IMG/VR virus record: IMGVR_UViG_3300017963_000014
Coordinates: 37,797 to 101,796 of that record
Strand: one strand, 5' to 3'
Length of the DNA stretch: 64,000 bases
Origin: a virus
Shown here: positions 51,538 to 60,795 of the stretch, in pieces
How the letters are laid out: each line of letters begins with the position of its first letter
Position numbering within the stretch: position 1 is the stretch's first letter
Program-made: the position numbers and the translations under genes
Notes under the pieces: model-generated
Databases searched by the model: none
What the model was told of the DNA's origin: nothing
Seen by the model: the letters and a program-made list of their open reading frames with translations, nothing else

Positions 51538-51744
51538 CTATCCCGGATGAGTTACCCGCACCTCGATCCGCTCGACCGGAACGACGAGGTCGAGGTCGAC
51601 CTCGTACTCGATCCCGACCTCGTCGGTCGGGACGTTCCGCGCGGGGCAGACCTCGTTCAGGCAGACGAACTTAGGCCCAGAGTCGTAGAGCCTGGAGCCG
51701 CAGGCGACGCAGAGCGGGCCCTTCGAGTAGCGGATCTCGGGCAT
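51538..51744 (-). CDS. Small zinc-ribbon protein
   Basis: MPEIRY start overlapping the RNR stop; CVACG...CLNEVC. Confidence 0.55.
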   Translation of the reverse strand: MPEIRYSKGPLCVACGSRLYDSGPKFVCLNEVCPARNVPTDEVGIEYEVDLDLVVPVERIEVRVTHPG

Positions 51745-54485
51745 CAGGAGCAGCCCGTCGTCTCGCCGCAGGTCGGGCAGCGGTGGCACGCCCCCGCGGG
51801 CTCGGTTATCGCGCCGCAGGCGGGGCAGGGCGGACCGGAGTCGAGCTCCGCGGCCCTCCGCTCGAGCGCCTCCTCGATACTCGCCGGCGCCGGCGCCTCG
51901 CCCCCGCGGCGACCGCCGGGGAAGCGGGACTCGACCCAGCGAACGACGTAGTCTAGCGGGGAGGTCGCGGACCCTATCTCCGCGTTGTCCGTGAACCCCG
52001 CCGGGTCGAAGCGACTCCGCCGGAACTTCTCGAGGATAGCGGACCAGGGGACGCCGTACTGTAGCGCGATCGAGGCGAGGGTAGCCCAGGCGTCGGTCAG
52101 GCCCCGGACGGTGCTACCCTCCTTCGCCATCAGGACGAAGAGCTCGCCGAGCCTCCCGTCGGGGTAGAGTCCGGCGGTTACGTACCCCTCGTGTCCGGCG
52201 ATCTCGAACTTGTGCGTCCTCGACTCCCGCTCCGACGGGAGCTTCTCCCGCTCGCCGGCGACGCGCGGGGGGCTCTCCGTCAAGAGGCGGTTAACGCCCT
52301 CGATTACCCTCCGGTCCTCCTCCCTCCGTACCTCGGCGTACGGGTCGCTCGCCGCGGGGCGGAGCGGCTGCGTCCCACGGCAGCCGTCGCGGTAGACGAC
52401 GACGCCCTTCAGGTCGAGCCGGTGCGCGGTCCGGAAGACCGCGTCGACGTCCTCGACCGTCGCGGAGTTCGGGAGGTTAACGGTCTTCGAGATCGCGCCC
52501 GAGAGAAGGGGTTGGACGGCGGCGAGCATCTTGACGTGCCCCTCCCACGAGATCGACCGCCCGTCCTCGCCGGCTGGGAGCGCGGCGTCGAATACCGGGA
52601 GGTACTCCTCCCGTACCCCGCCAACCGAGCCGGTCTCCGCGAGGTTTCGAATGATACGAGCCCGGTCCGACGCGCAGTACCCGAGTCGCTCGAGCGCGGG
52701 GTCGACGCTCCGGTTGAACTGAAAGACTACCCCTCCGCCCGCGAGCTCCTTCCGGGTAGCGAGCGCTAGCGCGGGCTCGACCCCGGTGGTGTCGCAGTCC
52801 ATCATCAGCGAAGTCGTCCCAGTCGGCGCGAGGAGCGTCACCTGCGCGTTCCGGAATCCGCTGTAGCTACCTTCGAGGACGTCGTCCCAGATCCGCTCCG
52901 CGGCCGCGCGGAGCTTCTTACCCGCCTCGCCGACGAAGTCGTTCCGGGAGGCGCTCGCGTGGAAACCTAGCACCCTCCGGAGCGAGTCCGCGTTTCGTTC
53001 GTACGCCTCGAACGCCCCCTTGACCCCCGCGACCTCCGCCGAGCGGCGGTAGGCGGAGGCGGTCAGGATAGACGTTACCCCCGCCGCCGTCGCCCGCGCC
53101 TCGTCCGAGTCGTAGGGGAGGCCGGCGGCCATCAGGAAGGCGCCGAGGTTCGTGTACCCGAGCCCGAGCGGGCGGAGCCGTCGAGAGTTCCGCTCGATCT
53201 CCGGCGTCGGGTAGGAGCTCCGGTCGACGAGGATATCCTGCGCGAGGATCGCCGTATCGACCGCCGCGACGAGGTCCCCGACGTCGAGCGACCCGTCCCC
53301 CGCCTGGAACCTCCGGAGGTTGAGCGACGCGAGGTTACAGGCCGAGTCCGGTACGAAGACGAACTCCCCGCAGGGATTGGAGCCGATGATCGGGCCCTCG
53401 GCCGGACAGGTGTGCGCGCGGTTCGTCGCGTCCGCGAACTGGAGCCCGGGGTCCCCGACCTCCCAGGCGGCGCGGAGGAGCTTCGCCCAGATCTCGCGGG
53501 CGTCGACGGTCTCGGCGAGCGAGCCGTCGCGGCGGTTCCGGAGGTCCCAGGAGAGCCCGCTCTCGACCGCCTGCATGAAGGCGTCCGAGACCCGGAGCGA
53601 GTTGTTCGCGTTCTGGAACGCGACCGTCCGGTAGGCGTCGGAGTCCATCCCCGAGCCGAAGCCCGCGGCCTCGAGCGCCCGGATCTTCGCCTCCTCCCGG
53701 ACCTTGCACTCGACGAACTCCTCGACGTCCGGGTGCTCGTCGTCGAGAACGACGATCTTCGCCGCCCTTCTCGTCCTCCCCCCGCTCTTGATCACGCCGG
53801 CGAAGGCGTCGAACCCGCGCATAAAGGAGACCGGGCCCGAGGCGATCCCGCCGCCGTTCAGGCTCTCGGCGGAACCGCGGAGCGGCGAGAGGTTTACGCC
53901 CGAGCCGCCGCCGTACTTGAAGATCCTCCCCTCGGTCTCCGCGAGCCTCATGATCGACTCGAGCGAGTCGTCGACCGAGTTGATGAAGCACGCGCTCGAC
54001 TGCGGCCGCTCCTCGATCCCGACGTTGAAGTAGACCGGCGAGTTGAACGCGAGCCGCTGCGTCCCGAGGAGGAACTGAAGCTCCTTACGGAAGATCGAGC
54101 GCCCCTCCTCGTCGAGGTACCCGTCGCGGAGCCCCCAGTCCGCGATCGAGTCGGAGATCCGGCAGATCATCGTCCAGACCGAGGACTCGCGCTCCGGCGT
54201 CCCGAGCCGGCCGCGGAGGTACTTCGAGGCGACGACGCGGACGGCGGTGTCGCTCCAGGAGACCGGAGCCTCGACCCCCGCCTGCTCGAAGACGACCCGC
54301 CCGTTCGTCGCGTCCTCGATCCGGACGTCGCGCCGGGACCAGGGACCGACGAGTTCGTAGACGTCGGCGGACTCCGGGACGAAGTACCGCTCGACGCGAA
54401 CGCGCCGTGCCTCCGACTCCCGGATCGGATTCGGGGCGACCTCCTCCATCACCTCTATCGGGTTCGGCGTGGATACGGACGACAT
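51744..54485 (-). CDS. nrdJ: Class II (adenosylcobalamin-dependent) ribonucleotide reductase with TSCPD domain
   Basis: FNSPVYFN, SACFI, GGRTRRAAK, SNPCGE, CNLASLNL, LAPTGT, GAISKTVN and YRDG motifs; C-terminal TSCPD and zinc ribbon. Confidence 0.95.
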   Translation of the reverse strand: MSSVSTPNPIEVMEEVAPNPIRESEARRVRVERYFVPESADVYELVGPWSRRDVRIEDATNGRVVFEQAGVEAPVSWSDTAVRVVASKYLRGRLGTPERESSVWTMICRISDSIADWGLRDGYLDEEGRSIFRKELQFLLGTQRLAFNSPVYFNVGIEERPQSSACFINSVDDSLESIMRLAETEGRIFKYGGGSGVNLSPLRGSAESLNGGGIASGPVSFMRGFDAFAGVIKSGGRTRRAAKIVVLDDEHPDVEEFVECKVREEAKIRALEAAGFGSGMDSDAYRTVAFQNANNSLRVSDAFMQAVESGLSWDLRNRRDGSLAETVDAREIWAKLLRAAWEVGDPGLQFADATNRAHTCPAEGPIIGSNPCGEFVFVPDSACNLASLNLRRFQAGDGSLDVGDLVAAVDTAILAQDILVDRSSYPTPEIERNSRRLRPLGLGYTNLGAFLMAAGLPYDSDEARATAAGVTSILTASAYRRSAEVAGVKGAFEAYERNADSLRRVLGFHASASRNDFVGEAGKKLRAAAERIWDDVLEGSYSGFRNAQVTLLAPTGTTSLMMDCDTTGVEPALALATRKELAGGGVVFQFNRSVDPALERLGYCASDRARIIRNLAETGSVGGVREEYLPVFDAALPAGEDGRSISWEGHVKMLAAVQPLLSGAISKTVNLPNSATVEDVDAVFRTAHRLDLKGVVVYRDGCRGTQPLRPAASDPYAEVRREEDRRVIEGVNRLLTESPPRVAGEREKLPSERESRTHKFEIAGHEGYVTAGLYPDGRLGELFVLMAKEGSTVRGLTDAWATLASIALQYGVPWSAILEKFRRSRFDPAGFTDNAEIGSATSPLDYVVRWVESRFPGGRRGGEAPAPASIEEALERRAAELDSGPPCPACGAITEPAGACHRCPTCGETTGCS

Positions 54486-54505
54486 CAATCCTCCTATTAT
54501 CTTCT

Positions 54506-54865
54506 CTACTTACCGAAACCGAGCGCGTTTAGCCGACGGAGGTAGGAGACGCGGAAGAGCGCGAGCGTCTTGTCCGTCGCCGGCTTCTGCTCGAACTCCT
54601 CGTAGACGAACCGCGCGACCTCCCCCGCGATCCGTCGATCCTCGGGCGCGAGCGAGTTAACGAGCGGCGCGAGGTCAAAGAGGTTCTCGTCGAAGGGGGC
54701 GTAGCGGATTAGGCGACCGAGGCGGTCTAGGTCGTACCTACGGAGGAAGTCCGGGCGGCGCCACCTACCGAAGCGCGCCTCGAACTCGCGGTCCCGGGCG
54801 GTGTACGGCTCGAGCCGCTCGACGAGCTTGTCGACGACCGCGCCCGGCTTGATTATCCTACTCAT
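54506..54865 (-). CDS. Hypothetical protein
   Basis: 119 aa, coupled. Confidence 0.55.
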   Translation of the reverse strand: MSRIIKPGAVVDKLVERLEPYTARDREFEARFGRWRRPDFLRRYDLDRLGRLIRYAPFDENLFDLAPLVNSLAPEDRRIAGEVARFVYEEFEQKPATDKTLALFRVSYLRRLNALGFGK

Positions 54866-55064
54866 CCTCGGGTTCCTCCTCTTCCCCGGAGCAGTCGACG
54901 CAGACGAGGATCCGCGCGACCCCCGGCGGGGCGTTCGGCGGGACGGTCCGGAGCTCGCGCTCGGGGAACTCCCGCCCGCAACGAAAGCAGGTCGTGATCC
55001 GCGGTCCGAGGAGCTCGCGCGCCTCGGGGCGGGCCCGGAGACCGGACGGTCGGAATCTTCCCAT
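54858..55064 (-). CDS. Small zinc-finger protein
   Basis: CFRCG...CVDC. Confidence 0.5.
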   Translation of the reverse strand: MGRFRPSGLRARPEARELLGPRITTCFRCGREFPERELRTVPPNAPPGVARILVCVDCSGEEEEPEDE

Positions 55065-55141
55065 ATCGAGTCGAGGCTCCTCCCGGTCGGGGGAGAGCTA
55101 GGTTAGCCCTCCGGGGGGACCGGTCCTCAGGGTTATGCCCT

Positions 55142-55720
55142 CTAGTTCGGCGCCTTAACCCCGCGGAGCTCCTCCGCCCGCTTCCGGAGTTCCTCCGCGT
55201 AATTCCGGATATTCTCCGGGATCTCGCCGTGTAGCTTCTCGAACTCCCCGAGGACGTCGAGCGCCGGGATCGGCTTCCCCGCCTTCAGGAGCAGGCCGAC
55301 GGCGACGACGCCGTCCTCGAGCGTCGTCGAGATCCCCTTCGCGTTCGCCCAGATCTCGTGCGCGAGCTTCGAGAGCGCCTCGCGGTCGAGGTTCTTCTCG
55401 CTCGTTAGCCGCGAGGCCTCCGCGAGGAGGCTCTGCCGCGCCTTGAGGCCCTCGGCGCGACGGGTCATCTCCTCGATCTTCCCCGCGTCCCAGCCGGGGA
55501 ACTTCTCGTTCAGGAAGTCCTCGGCCGCCCCGAGGACGACCGCGTTCGAGTTCCCCGCCTCGACGAGCTTCGAGAGCTGCCGCCCGACCGCGATCCGGAA
55601 GTCGAGGACCTCCTTCGAGAGCGTCGAGAGCTTCGCCTCGGCGCGAGTCAGTCGGATCTCGAGCTCGCTCGCTTCCCGGGGCTCGCCCGCGTACTCCTCG
55701 TTCTTCGGTTCTTCGCTCAT
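55142..55720 (-). CDS. Hypothetical helical protein
   Basis: 192 aa, ATGA-coupled, AGGAG RBS. Confidence 0.6.
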   Translation of the reverse strand: MSEEPKNEEYAGEPREASELEIRLTRAEAKLSTLSKEVLDFRIAVGRQLSKLVEAGNSNAVVLGAAEDFLNEKFPGWDAGKIEEMTRRAEGLKARQSLLAEASRLTSEKNLDREALSKLAHEIWANAKGISTTLEDGVVAVGLLLKAGKPIPALDVLGEFEKLHGEIPENIRNYAEELRKRAEELRGVKAPN

Positions 55721-56067
55721 CTCTCGGCTCCTATCAGGCGGAGGACGGCCTCCGCCTCGTTCGTCAGCATCGAGTGAACGACCCGCGCGACGAGTCGCCA
55801 GAACTCGCCCGCCCGGCCGTCCGGTAGCTTCAGGTCCCGGTCCTCCGCGAGCAGCGCGAGGTGCTCGTCGAGCGCGAGGACCGGTCCGACCGCGCGAAGG
55901 CGCTCCCCCTCCGGCTCCGGCGCCCGGAGGTCGCCGGTAACGGTCCCGCGGAGGTCACGGACGACCTCCTCCGGGGGTTCCGGGGCGGACTCCCCCGCTA
56001 CGCGGTAGCACTCGAGGAGGTACGCGAGCGTAGACTTACGGAGGATCGCGTAGCCGTCGGCGCTCAT
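55717..56067 (-). CDS. Hypothetical protein
   Basis: 116 aa, AAGGAG RBS. Confidence 0.6.
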   Translation of the reverse strand: MSADGYAILRKSTLAYLLECYRVAGESAPEPPEEVVRDLRGTVTGDLRAPEPEGERLRAVGPVLALDEHLALLAEDRDLKLPDGRAGEFWRLVARVVHSMLTNEAEAVLRLIGAER

Positions 56068-56708
56068 ACCGGGGGCTCCTTCCGAACGACCTCCGCCGGA
56101 AGGCGCTGCAAGAACTCCCGCCGCGGCTTCCCCGTTAGGATCCGCGAGACCGCGTCGACCGCCGCGCCTACCGGGGCGAAATTCGTCGCGCCCTCCGCGT
56201 ACGCGGTCGCCCGCCGCTCCCCGTAGAGCTCCGGGAGCGCGAGGAGGTGTATCGAGAGCGAGCCCGGTCGGTGCCAGTACTCGAGCGCGCTACCGAGCGC
56301 GTACTGTAGGTGCTGCTCCGGTAACTCCCGCCGCTTCCGAATCTCCTCGTCGAACCCCCCGATTACGACCCGCGAGAGCGGGGCCCGGAGGTTAAGGAGA
56401 CCGAAGACGGTCTCGACCCCCTGCCGGACGTACCCGTGCCACGCCGCCTGGTAGAGCGCCCGCTCCCGCTCGAGCGGGTGCCGGAGCGCGAGGTGAACGA
56501 ACCCCTCGATCCCCTCCGTTAGGGGAGGCGCGGAGTCCTCGAGGTAGTAAAACGCCCGCTGGTTAAGGTACCGCGGCGTCCTCCCGTCGTCCTCGAGCTC
56601 GGCGGTCGAGAGGTCGTCCTTAACGATTACGAGGTGCCCCTCCTCGACGAGCCGGTCGACGACGTAGGAGCCGAGGAAGCCGCAACCACCGGTTACGAGT
56701 ACCTTCAT
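56064..56708 (-). CDS. Short NAD-dependent epimerase/dehydratase-like protein
   Basis: VLVTGGCGFLGS Rossmann motif, DDLS, HLA; only 214 aa and no YxxxK. Confidence 0.7.
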   Translation of the reverse strand: MKVLVTGGCGFLGSYVVDRLVEEGHLVIVKDDLSTAELEDDGRTPRYLNQRAFYYLEDSAPPLTEGIEGFVHLALRHPLERERALYQAAWHGYVRQGVETVFGLLNLRAPLSRVVIGGFDEEIRKRRELPEQHLQYALGSALEYWHRPGSLSIHLLALPELYGERRATAYAEGATNFAPVGAAVDAVSRILTGKPRREFLQRLPAEVVRKEPPV

Positions 56709-56710
56709 CT

Positions 56711-57082
56711 CTACCCTCCGGGCTTACTTCGTCGACCCCGCCGGGCGGGCGAGACCTTCGGACTCAGCTTTAGCGGGACGCGGGGCTCCGGTTCCCGCGC
56801 CGGGGCGCGCGGGGGCTCGAAGTCCCCGCCGGGGGAACCGCCCGTCCCGGTTCGGAGGACGTTCCCGTCGTCCCAGGAGAGGGCGACGAACTCCTCGTCC
56901 GGGGGGTCCCAGTCGAGCTCGCCCGCCCGCGCGCGGCGGAGCGCCTCCCGGAGAAGCGCCCGCGGACCCTCCTCCTCGCCGTCCGGCGGGAGCTCGGTCG
57001 AGTTCGCGGCGCCGACCGCGAGGTCGTCGTCTTCGAGCTCGAGTTCCGCGACCGCCGCCGTCCGGTAAACCTTCACGTACAT
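56711..57082 (-). CDS. Hypothetical protein
   Basis: 123 aa, AGGAG RBS. Confidence 0.55.
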   Translation of the reverse strand: MYVKVYRTAAVAELELEDDDLAVGAANSTELPPDGEEEGPRALLREALRRARAGELDWDPPDEEFVALSWDDGNVLRTGTGGSPGGDFEPPRAPAREPEPRVPLKLSPKVSPARRGRRSKPGG

Positions 57083-57192
57083 TCCGACGCTCCTATAAAA
57101 CTACCCGCCGGGTCGCCCCGGTTCGTAGACCTGGGTGACCTGCCTAGTCCTTCGGTCGCTCCCCGGGGCGGGTCCCCGGCGGGTCCTCTCCG

Positions 57193-58365
57193 CTATATAT
57201 CCGCGATGCGCTCGGGAGCCTCGAGGAGGCGCCAGCCCCGAAGCTCGCGCTCGAGCGCGCCCCGGGTCCGCGGCCCGGCGATCCCGTCGACCGCTAGCCC
57301 CCGACTTCGCTGGTAAATTCGAACCGACGCGAGTAGTCCCTCGGGACTCCCGACGAAGTAGCCGAAGCGGCGGAACCCCTCGCGGACCTCCTCCGCCGAG
57401 TCGATCTCGCCCTCGATCTTACCCGGGTCGAACCCCTCGAGGTCCTCCTCCGCCCGGTCCCCCTGCCGCTCCGCGAGCTCGCCCGTAAGCTGCCAGGGCT
57501 CCTCCGCGTACTCGAACCCGTCCTCGAAGTCGTCGAGCTCGGCGAGCCAGTCGATCTCGTCGACGTGCCTCCGGTCGTAGAGCGCGGCCTCCCGGATCCC
57601 CTCGAGGTTCGGGAGGAGGACGCAGTCGTTCTTGACGCGCGAGACGTTGTGGTGCGCGAGGAGCCACTCCGGGCGGAGCGAGCCCTCGAAGAGCGAGTTC
57701 AGGTAGCGGAGGAGGACGATCACGGTCGCGACGCTCCCGCGGGACCAAGTCTCCCACCAGGAGCCGCGGAGGCGGGTTACCTCGCCGCGGAACTCGGTCG
57801 ACCAGCCCTCGGGCCACCAGTAGAAACGGAGGTCGTGCGCGTCCGCGTTCGGGTACCGGAAGAAGTCCCGGCGGTCGATCCCGGAGACGAGCGCGGAGGC
57901 GCGCCCGAGTCGCCGGGCGTGCGGGCGTAGTACCCCCGCGTTCCGGACCTCGATCCCGGCGAGGAAGCGGTTGACCCAGCCGCCGTGCCACGCCGGGAAC
58001 TCCGGCGGGACGACCTGCGAGACCTCCGCCCGGAGGTCCCGGTCGAGGTCGAGCGAGCGGCGGAGCTCGTCGAAGTTCCGGTCGAGCGCCTTCGCGACGA
58101 CCCAGTTCGAGGAGGCCCGCCGCTCCTTGACGAAGTGCCGGACCGTCCCCGCGAACCGCGTCCCCGCCGTGTAGTGGAGGAGCGCCCCGATCGGGGCGCC
58201 GTCGTAGTCGTCCTCCCACTCGGGGTATCGGTTCCGGGAGGGCCAGGCGGAGTGTACGTCCCGGAGCTCGACCCGGACGTACTCCGCGGAGTACGCGGCG
58301 AGCCGGGCGAAGAAGTCCCTGGCCTCCGCCGGGGTGTAGTGCAGGACCGCTTTCTTGCTAGGCAT
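57193..58365 (-). CDS. Endolysin: N-acetylmuramoyl-L-alanine amidase with C-terminal peptidoglycan-binding domain
   Basis: LLHYTAG, ASSNWVV, AWHGG, GIEV, AHHNV...KND; PGBD VRIYQRSRGLAVDGIAGPRT. Confidence 0.85.
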   Translation of the reverse strand: MPSKKAVLHYTPAEARDFFARLAAYSAEYVRVELRDVHSAWPSRNRYPEWEDDYDGAPIGALLHYTAGTRFAGTVRHFVKERRASSNWVVAKALDRNFDELRRSLDLDRDLRAEVSQVVPPEFPAWHGGWVNRFLAGIEVRNAGVLRPHARRLGRASALVSGIDRRDFFRYPNADAHDLRFYWWPEGWSTEFRGEVTRLRGSWWETWSRGSVATVIVLLRYLNSLFEGSLRPEWLLAHHNVSRVKNDCVLLPNLEGIREAALYDRRHVDEIDWLAELDDFEDGFEYAEEPWQLTGELAERQGDRAEEDLEGFDPGKIEGEIDSAEEVREGFRRFGYFVGSPEGLLASVRIYQRSRGLAVDGIAGPRTRGALERELRGWRLLEAPERIADI

Positions 58366-58383
58366 CTCTCGATTCTCCTTTTC

Positions 58384-58809
58384 TCAGTAACCGGACCGAC
58401 GTCGAACCCGGCGACGATCCTCGACGACGAGGACGCCGTAGACCCGCGGCGGCGGCCCGGGGTCGACCCACTCCCGGATCCGGTGCCCCTCCTCCTCGCC
58501 CTCGATCTTGTCGAGCAGTACCCGGATCTCCGCCGGGACGAGCCGGACGAACTCCGGCGGCGCGCCCCGCGCCCGGACCTGCCTCCTTACGAACGTACCG
58601 ACCGAGGATAGGATCTGGTGCGCGCGCCGGACCGGCGGGACCGAGAAGCCGAAGCCGAGGCAGGCGCGGCAGGCGGAGGCGCAGTCGGGGCAGACGCAGC
58701 CGGAGCCGATCCGCGGGGGCGTCGGTTCGGAGGCGCACCCGCAGCCCCGGAGGCGGTACTCCGCGGGGTCGCGGACGAAGGGGTCGTCGAAGTCCATCTT
58801 GCAGTACAT
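58384..58809 (-). CDS. Cys-rich hypothetical protein
   Basis: 141 aa; CPDC, CRACLG. Confidence 0.5.
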   Translation of the reverse strand: MYCKMDFDDPFVRDPAEYRLRGCGCASEPTPPRIGSGCVCPDCASACRACLGFGFSVPPVRRAHQILSSVGTFVRRQVRARGAPPEFVRLVPAEIRVLLDKIEGEEEGHRIREWVDPGPPPRVYGVLVVEDRRRVRRRSGY

Positions 58810-59124
58810 TTAGAGCCGGGTCCTCCGCCCCCGGTGGTAGAAGCGCCGGGCGGTCTCGACGCCGAGGTAGCGCCAGAGGTTCCGGCGGTGGACGAGGATC
58901 GCCCCGCCCCAGAAGAGGACCTCCCGAGTTACGTCGGGCTCTACCTCGTACTCGCCGAAGAACGTCGAGACGCGGAACCCCTCGAGGACGGCGTAGTCCC
59001 GGGGGTCCTTATCCAAATACTTTCCCTGCTTCCCACACGGGGGGTTACTCTCCTCTCTCATCCGGAAGCAGAGGACCTGCGCGTACCCCGGGAGCGCCTC
59101 GGTCTTCAGGTCCCGGAGCCTCAC
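58810..59124 (-). CDS. Hypothetical protein
   Basis: 104 aa, GTGA-coupled. Confidence 0.5.
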   Translation of the reverse strand: MRLRDLKTEALPGYAQVLCFRMREESNPPCGKQGKYLDKDPRDYAVLEGFRVSTFFGEYEVEPDVTREVLFWGGAILVHRRNLWRYLGVETARRFYHRGRRTRL

Positions 59125-59576
59125 GAGTTCGCCCCCCTCCAGCGGGGGAGGGCGTAGACGAGGACCGGCGAGAGCGCGGGGGGCGAGCCTAGGCGACGCC
59201 AGAGCGCGCGCGAGAGGTCGACCGAGGCGCGGAAGCGCCAGCCGCGGGGGGGACGGAGGGAGCGGGTCCAGACGCGCCAGCGACCCTCGCGGACCGCGTT
59301 CCGGAGCGGCCCGCGGTATATCCCGAAGGGACCGGCGTCGCGGACCTCGGTCAGGGCGCAGCGGCGGGTGGCTGCGGCGCAGACGAGGAGGCGGCGGCCG
59401 CAGCCTAGTCGGCGCCAGTTCCGGCGGGCGACGTGATCGTCCCCCGCCTCGAACCGCCCGCCGCAGGCGAGCTCCCCCGAGTTGAACCCGTCCCCCGGCC
59501 AGTAGACCGAGAGCCGCCCGAACTCGACCTCGCCCGCGGCGAGGAGGAGCCCGAGGAGGACTAGCGCCGCAGCCAC
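59121..59576 (-). CDS. Secreted RlpA-like double-psi beta-barrel protein
   Basis: Signal-like N-terminus; G.LSVY...LACG..F, CGRRLLV, VRDAGPF and VDLSRALWRRLG. Confidence 0.7.
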   Translation of the reverse strand: MAAALVLLGLLLAAGEVEFGRLSVYWPGDGFNSGELACGGRFEAGDDHVARRNWRRLGCGRRLLVCAAATRRCALTEVRDAGPFGIYRGPLRNAVREGRWRVWTRSLRPPRGWRFRASVDLSRALWRRLGSPPALSPVLVYALPRWRGANS

Positions 59577-59770
59577 TTGTCGACCCCCGCGCGGATGTTC
59601 TCGAGCGCCTCGACCTGCCGCGCCGTAACTAGCTCCGCGTCCTCCACGAACTCCTGGATCGACTCAACCTTCTCCCGAACGGACTCGGCGAAGTCCTCCG
59701 CCCGCTCCGGTAGGTCGTCGATATCGTTAAGTAAGTCTTTGCAGAAGGTAAGTGCTTCCTCCCAGTCCAT
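59561..59770 (-). CDS. Hypothetical acidic protein
   Basis: 69 aa, GGAGGAG RBS. Confidence 0.6.
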   Translation of the reverse strand: MDWEEALTFCKDLLNDIDDLPERAEDFAESVREKVESIQEFVEDAELVTARQVEALENIRAGVDKWLRR

Positions 59771-59771
59771 C

Positions 59772-60107
59772 TTAGGCTCCTCTCCGGAGGCGCTTTACGC
59801 GAGGCTCGCGGCGGCGCCTCATCTTAACGCGGGTGAACGGCGGGTGGAAGCGCCAACCGCGGGCTTCGAGGTAGTCGACTAGCTTCTCCGCGAAGTCCAA
59901 GGGAAGTTCCAGCTCCTCGAACGCGAGTTCGACCTCGGCGAACGTCTCCTTGAACGCCTCCTCCGGCGTATCGACTGCGACTATCTCTTCCTCCATTTCG
60001 CGGAGTCGCTGTAAAAAGGATCTACGGTATCGCTCCTCCGCTTCTTTGAAAGCGTCGATCATCTCGAGCCGCGCAACCGGGTGGAGCGCGTAGAAATTAT
60101 TAGGCAT
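59772..60107 (-). CDS. Hypothetical protein
   Basis: MPNNFYAL start at 60107 (GGAG RBS); lower GC. Confidence 0.55.
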   Translation of the reverse strand: MPNNFYALHPVARLEMIDAFKEAEERYRRSFLQRLREMEEEIVAVDTPEEAFKETFAEVELAFEELELPLDFAEKLVDYLEARGWRFHPPFTRVKMRRRREPRVKRLRRGA

Positions 60108-60795
60108 CTCTCCGCTCTTCGAAGGGTAGGTCCAGGATATTCGTCGGGTAGGTCTTCGTCGTCCGGAGTAGAACTCGGCGCGCCCCATCCGGGAGCGACT
60201 CGAGGCTCCGGACCCCGTCCCGGACCTCGGACTCGACCCGGAGCAGGCGCCCGATCGAGAGCGCGTCCGCGAGGTTCCCGGCGGCGGCGTTCGTCCGCCC
60301 GAAGGGGAGGAAGTCGACGCCCCAACGGTCGCGGGCGGCGAGGACCATGTCAGCCTTCTCCGCGTCCGCCTTCCCCGTAGCGTAGATCTTAACCGCGAGC
60401 GGGTCGTAGACGCGGAAGGGGATCCGGCGGGACCAGAGTAGGAGCCGGACGACCGCTCCGACCTCCCCGAGGTAGCGCGCGGTTATCGGCGCCTTCGTCT
60501 GCGCGTACCCCTCGAGCGCCGCTCGAGGGGGGGCCCAGGAATCTAGGAACGCCCCGAGTCGGATCCGAATATTCTCGAGCCGCGCGGTCCGGTCCCCCTC
60601 GGAGTTCGGGGCGACCTTCGGGGAGAAGACCGCGCCCTCCGCCTCGAGCGCGGACGCCGCCTTCTTCGTCTCGACCCAGAAGACCTTCCCGAGGATCTCC
60701 CCCGCCGAGTCGAGCGCGACCGCGGCGGTCCCGACCGCGGACTGGTCGATCCCAACGTAGAGACAGTCCGTTCCTTCGCTCCGGAGTCGCTTCAT
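60100..60795 (-). CDS. ruvC: RuvC-like Holliday junction resolvase
   Basis: YVGIDQS..GT, AALEGY, VKIYATGKADAEKADM and NLADAL motifs. Confidence 0.85.
   Translation of the reverse strand: MKRLRSEGTDCLYVGIDQSAVGTAAVALDSAGEILGKVFWVETKKAASALEAEGAVFSPKVAPNSEGDRTARLENIRIRLGAFLDSWAPPRAALEGYAQTKAPITARYLGEVGAVVRLLLWSRRIPFRVYDPLAVKIYATGKADAEKADMVLAARDRWGVDFLPFGRTNAAAGNLADALSIGRLLRVESEVRDGVRSLESLPDGARRVLLRTTKTYPTNILDLPFEERRDA

Noticed and set aside
51744-54485. Intein or intron in RNR (also checked TerL)
   Set aside because: Lengths are normal, motifs are contiguous, and no intein splice-junction or homing endonuclease motifs were seen.
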